Made by a program: the position numbers and the translations under genes | Part shown: positions 8,356 through 17,355 of the stretch, piece after piece | Layout of the letters: each line of letters begins with the position of its first letter | How positions within the stretch are numbered: position 1 is the stretch's first letter | Notes under the pieces: model-generated | What the model was told of the DNA's origin: nothing | Seen by the model: only the letters and a program-made list of their open reading frames with translations | Databases searched by the model: none | Assembly (NCBI RefSeq): GCF_000392435.1 | Contig: NC_021219.1 | Coordinates: forward strand, 750,001-782,000 | Reading direction: 5' to 3' | Length of the DNA: 32,000 nt | From: Candidatus Saccharimonas aalborgensis | Lineage (GTDB): Bacteria > Patescibacteriota > Saccharimonadia > Saccharimonadales > Saccharimonadaceae

Positions 8356-10986
8356 ATGGTAAATCAACAAAAAGCATTGTCAAAAATCTTCGGTGATCCG
8401 CAAAAGCGGATTTTGAAACGTCTATCAAAGAAGGTTGACGAAATCAACGCACTCGCGCCGAAGTATCAAAAAATGTCCAAAAAGCAACTGAGCGACCAGA
8501 CAGTCATTCTCAAAAAACGCCTCCACAAAAAGGGCGTTACACTGGATACGATTTTGCCCGATGCGTTTGCAGTAGTGCGAGAAATGGCGACGCGTGTTAT
8601 TGGTGAACGCCACTATGATGTGCAGCTGATAGGCTCGATGGTATTGCACGAAGGAAATGTGGCTGAGCTCAAAACGGGTGAGGGTAAGACTCTTATGTCG
8701 ACACTTGCTGCCTATCTCAACGCGCTAGAAGGTAAAGGTGTCCATATTGTCACGGTCAATGATTATCTCGCGCAGCGTGATGCTGGTTGGATGGGTGCGA
8801 TCTATGAGGCACTTGGTATTACAACGGGTGTTATCATCAACGAGGCATCTTTTATATACGATAGTTCCTATAACAACGAATTACACACCGATCCTCGGAT
8901 GCGTAAGTTGCGACCGTGCACGCGCAAAGAATCATATCAGGCGGATATCACATACGGTACCAATAACGAGTTTGGGTTTGACTATTTGCGTGACAACATG
9001 GTGAATGAAGTTGATCTTGTCAGACAGCGTGACCTGAACTTTGCGATCGTTGACGAAGTAGATTCGATTTTGATTGATGAAGCGCGAACACCACTCATTA
9101 TTAGTGCGCCAGCTGCAGAAAATCCTGACGCGTACTATCAATTTGCAAAAGTTGCCGCCAAATTAGTACCAGACGACTATGTGTTGGACGAGAAGCGCAG
9201 GAGCGTTGCTCTGACAGACGTGGGCGTTGAAAAAGTACAAAAAATGCTTGGCATAAAAAATCTCTATACGCCCGACTACGTGCGCAGTGTGTACCATATG
9301 GATCAAGCACTCCGTGCTCAGACGCTCTTTCATCGCGATAAAGACTACGTGGTGACAACCGCAGGTGAAGTTATCATCGTAGACGAGCACACAGGACGAC
9401 TCAAACAAGGCAACCGCTACAACGAAGGCCTCCATCAGGCGATTGAGGCAAAGGAAGGTGTGCCGGTGCTGCAAGAGAGCATGACGCTTGCTACCATCTC
9501 ATTCCAGAATTACTTTCGCCTATACAAAAAGCTCTCTGGCATGACCGGTACTGCATTTACTGAGGCTGAGGAGTTCCAGCAAATCTATAGTCTCGATGTC
9601 GTGGTGGTACCACCAAACAAGCCGATTACTCGCAAGGATCATCAAGATTTGATCTACAAGACCGAGAAAGCCAAGCTAAAAGCAGTCGCTGAAGCCATAA
9701 AGGGGTACCACAAAAAAGGTCGTCCTGTGCTGGTGGGCTCGGGTTCAATTGCAAAAAATGAGCTGATCGCTGAATGGCTTGATAAAGAGGGAATCAAGTA
9801 CGAGATTCTTAACGCCAAAAATAATGAACGAGAAGCAGCTATCATTGAGCAAGCTGGTCAGAAAGGTGCTATCACGCTTGCGACAAACATCGCTGGTCGT
9901 GGTACTGACATCAAACTCGGTAAAGGCGTTCGAGAACTTGGAGGTCTCGTCGTTATTGGTAGCGAGCGCCACGAATCTCGTCGTATTGATAACCAGTTGC
10001 GCGGTCGTGGTGGCCGCCAGGGTGACCCTGGAGATACGCAGTTTTATGTCTCGACCGAAGACGACTTGATGCGAATCTTTCAGGGAGAGCGCATTGCTGC
10101 GTTGATGGATAGACTTGGTGTCGACGAAGATATGGCAATCCAAAACCGAGCCGTTAGCAAGACGCTCGAAGCTGCACAAAAACGAGTCGAAGGCTATAAC
10201 TTCGATACGCGAAAAAATGTTGTGCAGTACGACAATGTCATCAACCGGCATCGTCGGGTTGTCTATACGATGCGGCGAAAGATTCTTGACGGGGGCAATA
10301 TCCAGCCTGAAATTCAACGTTTGTTGAACGAAAAGGTTGCTGAACTGACTGCTGTTCCTGCAAAAAATAACAGTAAGTTTGTCGATGAATTTGAGACAGT
10401 TATTCCACTGGAACGCTCCCTGATCAAAAAAATTGGCGACGAGAAAAAAGATAAACTTCGTCGCGAGCGCGCACTTGAAGCAGCACAAAAACTCTATCAT
10501 ACGAAGGAAAAGGAGTTGGGCGAGGAGCTGTTGCGCGGTGTTGAGCGTGAAGTGTATTTGCAGGTTCTTGACACCCTATGGATGCAGCATCTAGAGAATA
10601 TGCAGCATTTGCGCGAGGGTATTCACTGGCGTAGCGTGGGTCAGCGCGATCCCTTGGTGGAGTATCGAAGTGAGTCTCAAAAATTGTTTGATAGTTTGCA
10701 GGCAACACTCCGTGAGGAGGTGCTGCGGGCACTGTATCATGTCCGCAAAACCGATGCGATTACACGCGAGGCCACGGACGATGAGCACGATACAGAGCTA
10801 ACAAAGCTCGCCGAAACAGCGGTCGAGCACGGTGTCAATGAAATTACCGGTGGGGAAGAAAACCGAGACCATGATTTTGAGGGCAATATCAAGAAAGCGC
10901 CGCGAAATACAGAGGTAAATCATCAGCGTAACCTTGCACGGAAGAAGAAGAAAATCCAACGACAAAATCGTAAAAAGCATCGTTAA
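8356..10986 (+). CDS. secA: Preprotein translocase ATPase SecA
   Basis: Walker A region MVLHEGNVAELKTGEGKT, DEAD-like box VDEVDSILIDEARTPLIIS, TNIAGRGTDIKLG and RIDNQLRGRGGRQGDPG. The 876-aa protein ends in a basic tail without Cys. Confidence 0.97.
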   Translation: MVNQQKALSKIFGDPQKRILKRLSKKVDEINALAPKYQKMSKKQLSDQTVILKKRLHKKGVTLDTILPDAFAVVREMATRVIGERHYDVQLIGSMVLHEGNVAELKTGEGKTLMSTLAAYLNALEGKGVHIVTVNDYLAQRDAGWMGAIYEALGITTGVIINEASFIYDSSYNNELHTDPRMRKLRPCTRKESYQADITYGTNNEFGFDYLRDNMVNEVDLVRQRDLNFAIVDEVDSILIDEARTPLIISAPAAENPDAYYQFAKVAAKLVPDDYVLDEKRRSVALTDVGVEKVQKMLGIKNLYTPDYVRSVYHMDQALRAQTLFHRDKDYVVTTAGEVIIVDEHTGRLKQGNRYNEGLHQAIEAKEGVPVLQESMTLATISFQNYFRLYKKLSGMTGTAFTEAEEFQQIYSLDVVVVPPNKPITRKDHQDLIYKTEKAKLKAVAEAIKGYHKKGRPVLVGSGSIAKNELIAEWLDKEGIKYEILNAKNNEREAAIIEQAGQKGAITLATNIAGRGTDIKLGKGVRELGGLVVIGSERHESRRIDNQLRGRGGRQGDPGDTQFYVSTEDDLMRIFQGERIAALMDRLGVDEDMAIQNRAVSKTLEAAQKRVEGYNFDTRKNVVQYDNVINRHRRVVYTMRRKILDGGNIQPEIQRLLNEKVAELTAVPAKNNSKFVDEFETVIPLERSLIKKIGDEKKDKLRRERALEAAQKLYHTKEKELGEELLRGVEREVYLQVLDTLWMQHLENMQHLREGIHWRSVGQRDPLVEYRSESQKLFDSLQATLREEVLRALYHVRKTDAITREATDDEHDTELTKLAETAVEHGVNEITGGEENRDHDFEGNIKKAPRNTEVNHQRNLARKKKKIQRQNRKKHR

Positions 10987-10989
10987 GCT

Positions 10990-12282
10990 ATGAAACATAC
11001 CACCACAGAGATACGTCTAAAAAATGGGGCACGAGGGTTGCTTATTGATGTCCCCGGAGCAACGGTGATGAGTTTTCAGTTTCAGTTTCGAGCCGGTAAT
11101 CGCTATGTAAAAAATAAAGACATCTACGAGACGGCGCACATCATGGAACACATGGCGTTTGGGGCAAATGCTGCATTTAAGAGTGAGCATGCCTATGAGG
11201 CAGAGTTTACAAAAAACGGTGCCTACCACAACGCCTTCACTAGCGACCTCTCTATGGTATATGTTGCGACATGTGCTGATTTCGAATGGGATCGGATCCT
11301 CAATTTGCAGCAAGTCGCGATTTGCCAGCCGAAGTTTAATGCGAGTGAACTCGAAGCCGAAAAAGGGAACGTGAAAAGTGAGCTAACGGGATATCTCAAT
11401 AACCATGAGCGAGTATTGTGGCCAAAGATACAGCAGTTGCTTGGCGAGAGCGTTTATACCTACTGGCAGCGATTGCAGACCATTTCAAATGTAACGCTGA
11501 GAGACATTAGAGAGCATCATCGGCGCACGCACACCACCGACAACATGCGTTTTGTGATAGCCGGTAAACTCTATGGACGAAAAGCGCAGATTCAACGGAT
11601 GCTCGAAGAGTGGGAGTTACCGCGTGGCGAACGTTTCGAAGTGCCGCGTGATGAATTGACAAGTGGCAACCCGACGCTTATTCGACGAAAAGAAGCCTCA
11701 AATCTGACATTTGGATGGTCCCTGACCTTGCCACGTGCACTCACCGACGAAGAGGCGGAAGCGATGAGTTGTCTCGACCAGATACTGACGGGCACCATGC
11801 ACTCGCGCATTTACGGTGCAGCTCGTAAAAAGGGATTGGCGTACGGTATGTTTAGTGACACGTCAGTAGGACTTCACGATAGCAGCTGGGACTTTGGCGG
11901 ACAAGTAAACTTGGAAACTTCCCACGGGCTTGTCGATATTATAGTGCGCGAGGTAAAAGCAGTCATGGATGGACGCATTACTGACGAGGAATTAGCTGCT
12001 GCTAAATCCTATGCACTCGGTCGACATCAGATGGGAGCTCAGACAGTATCGCAAATCAGTAACTTCTACTCAAATCGTTATTTCGGTGACGAAGTAGTGA
12101 AGGACTATGAAAAAGTCCCCGACGCTATAAGAAATATCACGCTTGATCGCATGCTAGCAACAGCTCGCGAGTTTATTGCTCATAATACCTGGGTTTTGGC
12201 GGGGGTAAGTAGTGGTGAAAAAGAAGAAATTGTTTCACTCAATGCTAAACTAGAAACAGTATTTTCGCGCACACCACACTAA
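10990..12282 (+). CDS. M16 (pitrilysin) family zinc peptidase, half-size M16B type, paralog 1
   Basis: Inverted zinc motif HIMEH, with the downstream EKGNVKSE glutamate region. 430 aa. Confidence 0.85.
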   Translation: MKHTTTEIRLKNGARGLLIDVPGATVMSFQFQFRAGNRYVKNKDIYETAHIMEHMAFGANAAFKSEHAYEAEFTKNGAYHNAFTSDLSMVYVATCADFEWDRILNLQQVAICQPKFNASELEAEKGNVKSELTGYLNNHERVLWPKIQQLLGESVYTYWQRLQTISNVTLRDIREHHRRTHTTDNMRFVIAGKLYGRKAQIQRMLEEWELPRGERFEVPRDELTSGNPTLIRRKEASNLTFGWSLTLPRALTDEEAEAMSCLDQILTGTMHSRIYGAARKKGLAYGMFSDTSVGLHDSSWDFGGQVNLETSHGLVDIIVREVKAVMDGRITDEELAAAKSYALGRHQMGAQTVSQISNFYSNRYFGDEVVKDYEKVPDAIRNITLDRMLATAREFIAHNTWVLAGVSSGEKEEIVSLNAKLETVFSRTPH

Positions 12283-12293
12283 AAGGGAGAGCT

Positions 12294-13586
12294 ATGGCAC
12301 TTAAGCACAAGATTGAAGAAGTGGTACTAAAGAATGGTGCAAGGGGCCTGTTTGTTCACGTGCCTGGGGCGAGTGTCTTTTGCTATGAGTTGTGTTTTCG
12401 GGCTGGTAATGAGTATGTGGCCGGTCCAGATGTTCAGCAGACAGCGCATTTGCTTGAACATATGCTTGCAAAGACGTGTAAGGGGCTTGAGACTGCCGAG
12501 GCATTTAGCCGCGAGTTTACAAAAAACGGTGCCTATAGCAATGCGACTACCTGGCAGACCAACATGGTATATGAGGGAAACTGTGCGGATATGGAGTGGG
12601 ATCGCGTACTTGGACTGCAACTGTGCTCAATATCTGAGCCAATACTCACCGAAGAATCACTCCAGGTCGAAAAGGGTAATGTTCGTGAAGAACTCAGCGG
12701 TCAGCTAAGTAACCATCCTCGGACGCTTTGGCAGTATATAAATCGCTCGCTCGGCGATAGTATCGCTTTGGACGAAGAGAAAATTGCCTCGATCGACGCC
12801 GTCACGCTTGGTAGTCTGGATGAACATTGGCGGCGAACCCATACACAATCAAATTTTCATTTCTGTATCGTCGGAGATATGTCCGGTAAGCGAGCAAAAC
12901 TAAAGTCCATGTTTGAAAGCTGGCAATTACCAAAGGGGAACGGATGGCTTGCTCCGGAACAACACGTGTACCATAGGGGTGAGACGGTCTCAATTACCCG
13001 TAACGACGAGCACTCAATTGAGTTTATTTTTGCTATGACGATACCGCGACGCCTCGATCAAACCGAGCGCTGGGCAATGAGCATGCTCACACATATTCTG
13101 ACCGGTACGTTTCACTCTCGTATCTACGGCGTTGCCCGCGATAAGGGTTATTGCTATGACGTCTCCTCGGGGGCGGGAGATAAGTTTGACGGTACATCAG
13201 ACTGGAGTTTCCAGGCGCAAGTAACTAAAGAACAGGCACCAAAACTACTAAAGTTGATCGCGCGTGAGCTCCTGCGTGTGCGTGACGGTGATATTAGTGA
13301 AAAAGAATTGGACGAGACCCGGCAATATGCCTACGGTGTCTACCAGAAATCATATCAGTCGATCTATGATCTCATGTGTTACTCAAGCGACTATTTCTTT
13401 GACGACTCCTACACTGCCGTAGACGAGAATATTAAGTTGATTGACGCTATCAATAGGGACACTATCGTTCGCTTGGCTCGCGAGTTTATTGATTCTCTCG
13501 CATGGACATATGGCGAAATAGGTCCCGTGTCACCTGGGGAGACGGAGGTGCGTCGCAGCCTGTTCTCACGGCTCAAGGGGGAGTAA
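12294..13586 (+). CDS. M16 (pitrilysin) family zinc peptidase, half-size M16B type, paralog 2
   Basis: Inverted zinc motif HLLEH and EKGNVREE. The protein is collinear with paralog 1 (shared EFTKNGAY and HSRIYG.AR.KG). SD AAGGGAGAG upstream. 430 aa. Confidence 0.85.
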   Translation: MALKHKIEEVVLKNGARGLFVHVPGASVFCYELCFRAGNEYVAGPDVQQTAHLLEHMLAKTCKGLETAEAFSREFTKNGAYSNATTWQTNMVYEGNCADMEWDRVLGLQLCSISEPILTEESLQVEKGNVREELSGQLSNHPRTLWQYINRSLGDSIALDEEKIASIDAVTLGSLDEHWRRTHTQSNFHFCIVGDMSGKRAKLKSMFESWQLPKGNGWLAPEQHVYHRGETVSITRNDEHSIEFIFAMTIPRRLDQTERWAMSMLTHILTGTFHSRIYGVARDKGYCYDVSSGAGDKFDGTSDWSFQAQVTKEQAPKLLKLIARELLRVRDGDISEKELDETRQYAYGVYQKSYQSIYDLMCYSSDYFFDDSYTAVDENIKLIDAINRDTIVRLAREFIDSLAWTYGEIGPVSPGETEVRRSLFSRLKGE

Positions 13587-13588
13587 TA

Positions 13589-14881
13589 ATGGTGAAAATT
13601 GCGATTGCGGGCTATGGGATCGAGGGTGAGCAAAGTGTCAAATACTGGCTATCGCGAGGTGATGATGTCGTGGTGGTCGACGAACAAGAAACCTTGTCAC
13701 GCGCTGTACCAGACGGTGTTCCTACTAGACTAGGACCGCACGTACTCGATGATTTATCTGAATTCGATCTTGTGGTCCGAACAGCAGGTCTTGCGCCCCA
13801 CAAAATTTCTTCGGCTAAGCGCATTTGGTCCGCAACGAACGAATTTTTCGCGAGATGCCCAGCTCCTATTATCGGGGTAACGGGTACGAAGGGAAAGGGC
13901 ACGACGTGTAGCTTGATAACGGCAATATTGAGAGCCGCCGGACATACGGTACACCTTGTTGGTAACATTGGCCAACCTGCCCTTGAGACATTACCTGATA
14001 TTGCTGAGCAGGACATCGTCGTGTATGAATTAAGCAGTTTTCAACTATGGGACCTCGAAAAGAGTCCGCACATCGCAGTTGTACTGATGATTGAGCCCGA
14101 TCATTTGGACGTTCATGCATCGATGGAAGAGTATGTGCAGGCAAAGGCGACTATTGTGCGATACCAAAATCGAGACGATGTCGTGATTTACTATGCTGAT
14201 AATCACTGGTCTGAGGAAATTGCAGCACAAGCTATTAGCAATAAAATTCGCTATGGTACGGCCGAAGACCAAGGAGTATATGTAAAATCGAGCAATTTTT
14301 TTGTTCAAGATCAATTAGTCTGCCCCGTTGATTGTTTAACCATTGCCGGTAATTTCAACCGAGAAAACGCTTGTGCTGCGATTACAGCTTCACTTACAGT
14401 TGACAGGTCTGTCGCTCCTTTTGTAGCTGAGGGCCTCCGTTCTTTTCATGGATTACCACATAGGCTCAAATATGTCGCCACAAGAGGCGGCGTAGATTAT
14501 TATGACAACAGTATCGCAACGACACCTGGTTCTGCGGTGGCGGCGCTCAATTCATTTGAAGGAAAAAGAATCATCATCTTAGGCGGTTCGGATAAGGGCG
14601 CAGACTATGCGCCAGTCATTGAAGCATGTTTGAATGCAGGGGCGCGTGTGATTGCGATTGGTCAAACCGGAGACAAGATTGCAACATTATGTGAACAAGC
14701 AGGGGTGGCAGTTGTAAGGATTGAGGGCGGTATGCGTGAGGTAGTGGCGGCAGCTAGGTCAGTCGCGGATAGTGGCTCAACAGTTATCTTAAGTCCCGCA
14801 AGTGCCAGCTTTGACCAGTACAAGAGTTATGCGGATCGGGGTGACCAATTTATCGAGGCCGTTTTGCAGTTAGCGCAGTAA
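13589..14881 (+). CDS. murD: UDP-N-acetylmuramoyl-L-alanine--D-glutamate ligase
   Basis: N-terminal Rossmann segment MVKIAIAGYGIEG, Mur ligase P-loop GVTGTKGKGTT, later NSIATTPGS and ILGGSDKG. ATG 13589 has a GGGGGAG SD. The ORF-track start at 13502 lies inside the preceding gene. Confidence 0.9.
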   Translation: MVKIAIAGYGIEGEQSVKYWLSRGDDVVVVDEQETLSRAVPDGVPTRLGPHVLDDLSEFDLVVRTAGLAPHKISSAKRIWSATNEFFARCPAPIIGVTGTKGKGTTCSLITAILRAAGHTVHLVGNIGQPALETLPDIAEQDIVVYELSSFQLWDLEKSPHIAVVLMIEPDHLDVHASMEEYVQAKATIVRYQNRDDVVIYYADNHWSEEIAAQAISNKIRYGTAEDQGVYVKSSNFFVQDQLVCPVDCLTIAGNFNRENACAAITASLTVDRSVAPFVAEGLRSFHGLPHRLKYVATRGGVDYYDNSIATTPGSAVAALNSFEGKRIIILGGSDKGADYAPVIEACLNAGARVIAIGQTGDKIATLCEQAGVAVVRIEGGMREVVAAARSVADSGSTVILSPASASFDQYKSYADRGDQFIEAVLQLAQ

Positions 14882-15503
14882 TTTGTCGAGCGATCGAGGG
14901 AGTAGGTTCAATAATATGTGCGCGCTCCTGGGATAACTTCGTAATCTGCTCGTATATCCAGTGGTAATGGGTGCACCCAAGGACGATGACATCAGCCTTT
15001 TTAGCAAGTGAGTCGGCTATGACAGACGATATGCGGCTCATGTCAACCGAGTTGGCTTCGATCATAGAGGCCCAGTCTGAGCAGTCAGGTTCTAAAACCG
15101 TGATGTCAGCAGCAAAGCTCTTCTTGAGTTCATTGTAGCGCTTACTTTTTAGGGTAGCAGGAGTAGCACAAACCGCTACGACGTTTGTGCGCGTTAGTTC
15201 TGACGCAGTTTTGATCATTGGCTCAATCCCTACGAATAACTGATCGGGGTATTTCTTTCTTAGAAATGAAAGAGCGATAGTCGTGGCAGTATTGCACGCG
15301 ATAACAATGACATCTGATGCTGCTGCGATGAGTGGCTGAATTGCGGTATCGGTAAGGTTAATTACCTGTTCTTCAGTTTTTGTCCCATAGGGCAAGTGAG
15401 CCCTATCATTTATAGCAGTAATGGTTGCGTCGGGGAAATGCTTTTTTAGGTCATTCGCAACTATCTCACCGCCAATGCCGCTATCAAATACACCGATTTT
15501 CAT
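14850..15503 (-). CDS. murI: Glutamate racemase (compact, 217 aa)
   Basis: MKIGVFDSGIGG at the N-terminus and both catalytic-Cys motifs, IACNTATT and LGCTHYHW. The 3' end overlaps the murD 3' end by 32 nt. Confidence 0.8.
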   Translation of the reverse strand: MKIGVFDSGIGGEIVANDLKKHFPDATITAINDRAHLPYGTKTEEQVINLTDTAIQPLIAAASDVIVIACNTATTIALSFLRKKYPDQLFVGIEPMIKTASELTRTNVVAVCATPATLKSKRYNELKKSFAADITVLEPDCSDWASMIEANSVDMSRISSVIADSLAKKADVIVLGCTHYHWIYEQITKLSQERAHIIEPTPSIARQITALTAKRPR

Positions 15504-15509
15504 AATTCC

Positions 15510-15539
15510 ATTATAATAGAATCACATGCAACCACTCAA
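15510..15539 (-). promoter_or_regulatory. murI promoter TTGAGT-18-TATAAT; the -10 ends 6 nt before the ATG
   Basis: On the minus strand, TATAAT is at 15515..15510, followed by GGAATT and then the ATG at 15503. The -35 lies at 15539..15534, inside prfB coding sequence. Confidence 0.5.
15512..15517 (+). promoter_or_regulatory. TATAAT -10 for prfB, 8 nt before ATG 15526
   Basis: It lies in the 22-bp divergent gap. The intervening AGAATCAC has no SD. Confidence 0.5.
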
Positions 15540-16611
15540 AAAACGTCTTACTGATACGAGAGATGCTATCATCGAAGCATTCACTCTGCTTCAAATTGAT
15601 GCGAAAAAGGGTCAGCTTCTTTCGTTGGAGCAACAGCTCCATGATGGCTCGATTTGGTCTGATCCAGAGACAGCACAGCGTACGAGTAAACAGGCAAGTG
15701 TATTAAAAAATCAGGTTGATCCATGGGTAAACTTGCTTAGTCAAGCCGATGAATTAGCTGAGCTATGTGAATTAGGGGACGAAACGCTGGAGCCTGAGAT
15801 GCGCCAGCAACTCCAAACATTGGAGGATGAATATAACGCTCGAAGAAAAGAACTGCTGTTCTCTGGTAAGTATGACGAATACACGGCCATTGTGAAGTTG
15901 AGTGCCGGCGCGGGGGGCACGGACGCGCAGGATTGGTGTGAGATGCTCGAGCGTATGTATTTGCGCTGGGCCGAAAAGGCAGATATGAAGATCGAACTGA
16001 TTGAACGTAGCGCTGGTGACGAAGCGGGCATAAAATCAGCAACCTATACAATCTCAGGTTCCTATGCCTATGGAAAATTGCAGTCTGAGCATGGCGTTCA
16101 TCGCCTCGTACGGTTGAGTCCATTTAATGCCGACAATCTTCGCCAAACGAGTTTTGCGCTTGTCGAGATTATGCCAGAGATTGATACGCCCGATGAGGTC
16201 AATGTCGACGACAAAGATCTCAAAATCGATGTCTATCGCGCTGGAGGGCACGGGGGGCAATCGGTCAACACGACGGATAGTGCAGTGAGGATTACCCATC
16301 TTCCTACGGGGATTGTTGTGGCAATCCAAAATGAGCGAAGTCAGCTTCAAAACAAAGAGACAGCACTCAAGATACTGAGAGGGAGGCTAGTTCAGCTGCA
16401 ATTAGAGCAGCACGCTGAGTCTCTAGCGGATCTGCGCGCTGGTGAGTCGGCGAGTTGGGGCACCCAGATTCGAAATTATGTACTCCATCCCTATACATTA
16501 GTCAAGGATACGCGGACGAAATATGAAGAACATGATGCACAGGCGGTGTTGGATGGCAAGCTCGACGGCTTTATTGATGCCTACCTTCAACAACATATGG
16601 CTGCATCATAG
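15526..16611 (+). CDS. prfB: Peptide chain release factor 2, single uninterrupted ORF
   Basis: SPF tripeptide (RLSPFNA), GGQ (AGGHGGQSVNTTDSAVRITHLPTG) and end-to-end collinearity with E. coli RF2. There is no in-frame stop at the usual frameshift position. Confidence 0.95.
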   Translation: MQPLKKRLTDTRDAIIEAFTLLQIDAKKGQLLSLEQQLHDGSIWSDPETAQRTSKQASVLKNQVDPWVNLLSQADELAELCELGDETLEPEMRQQLQTLEDEYNARRKELLFSGKYDEYTAIVKLSAGAGGTDAQDWCEMLERMYLRWAEKADMKIELIERSAGDEAGIKSATYTISGSYAYGKLQSEHGVHRLVRLSPFNADNLRQTSFALVEIMPEIDTPDEVNVDDKDLKIDVYRAGGHGGQSVNTTDSAVRITHLPTGIVVAIQNERSQLQNKETALKILRGRLVQLQLEQHAESLADLRAGESASWGTQIRNYVLHPYTLVKDTRTKYEEHDAQAVLDGKLDGFIDAYLQQHMAAS

Positions 16612-16655
16612 CCAGTAAACAACAGCGCCCGTCGCTCGTTTTCCAGGAAAAATTG

Positions 16656-16664
16656 TGTTACAAT
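16656..16664 (+). promoter_or_regulatory. Extended -10 TGtTACAAT, 7 nt before ftsE ATG 16672
   Basis: Counted directly. No SD is present. Confidence 0.5.
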
Positions 16665-16671
16665 AGTGGTA

Positions 16672-17355
16672 ATGATTCTGTTAGATAGGGTAACAAAATC
16701 GTACGGCAAAGATCTCAAACCAGCACTCAATCGCGTTAGCTTGCATATTGAGCCTAATGAGTTTGTGATTCTTGTGGGTACGAGTGGTGCCGGGAAGTCG
16801 ACACTTCTCAAGCTACTGACGAGGGAGGAAAAGCCCACTACTGGCAAGATTGTCGTTGGTGGCATTGATTATGATACGCTCAAGGACAAGCATATCCCGC
16901 TGCTGCGACGCAAAATAGGGGTAGTCTTTCAGGATTTCAAGCTTCTTCCGCAGCGAACGGTGTTTGAAAACATCGCCTTTGCACTCGAGATTGCCGGCAT
17001 GACAAACCGTGAAATACGTAATACTGTGCCGAAAGTCATTGATCTGGTTGGTCTCACTGGCAAAGAAAAAAGCTTTCCCCATGAGCTCTCTGGTGGCGAG
17101 CGGCAGCGTGTAGCGATTGCGCGTGCTGTCGTACGTCAGCCCAAGATTTTGATTGCCGATGAGCCTACCGGTAACCTTGACCCTCGTCACAGCTGGGACA
17201 TCGTACGATTGCTCGAAAAGATTAATAAGTACGGGACGACCGTGTTGCTCACAACGCATAATGTCGAGATTGTCAATAAATTGAAGCGGCGAGTGATTGC
17301 CATCGATCACGGCAAAATTGTCAGTGATCAGGCACAGGGGAGTTATCGTCAATGA
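16672..17355 (+). CDS. ftsE: Cell division ATP-binding protein FtsE
   Basis: Walker A GTSGAGKST, signature LSGGERQR, Walker B ILIADEPTGNLD. It is followed by ftsX with an ATGA overlap. ATG 16672 is preferred over GTG 16666 because a TGtTACAAT box ends 7 nt upstream of the ATG. Confidence 0.92.
   Translation: MILLDRVTKSYGKDLKPALNRVSLHIEPNEFVILVGTSGAGKSTLLKLLTREEKPTTGKIVVGGIDYDTLKDKHIPLLRRKIGVVFQDFKLLPQRTVFENIAFALEIAGMTNREIRNTVPKVIDLVGLTGKEKSFPHELSGGERQRVAIARAVVRQPKILIADEPTGNLDPRHSWDIVRLLEKINKYGTTVLLTTHNVEIVNKLKRRVIAIDHGKIVSDQAQGSYRQ

Noticed and set aside
11203-11225. A 23-nt exact identity (GAGTTTACAAAAAACGGTGCCTA) between the two M16 paralogs (also at 12513..12535), containing an in-phase A_AAA_AAC slippery heptamer
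   Set aside because: It encodes the conserved EFTKNGAY motif. A -1 shift would hit a stop after 8 codons in paralog 1 and 3 codons in paralog 2, and I see no downstream stimulatory structure. Conserved peptide plus shared codon preference is the simpler explanation.
10990-14881. Three consecutive genes of exactly 1293 nt each (M16, M16, murD)
   Set aside because: The two M16 genes are paralogs. MurD is unrelated, so its identical length is a coincidence.
16623-16646. Weak terminator-like hairpins after prfB (AGCG-CCCGT-CGCT followed by CGTTTT) and after ctp (ACAAG-AGTG-CTTGT followed by GCTTTT, 20917..20936)
   Set aside because: The stems are only 4-5 bp with short T runs. They are too weak to call as intrinsic terminators without 3' end data.
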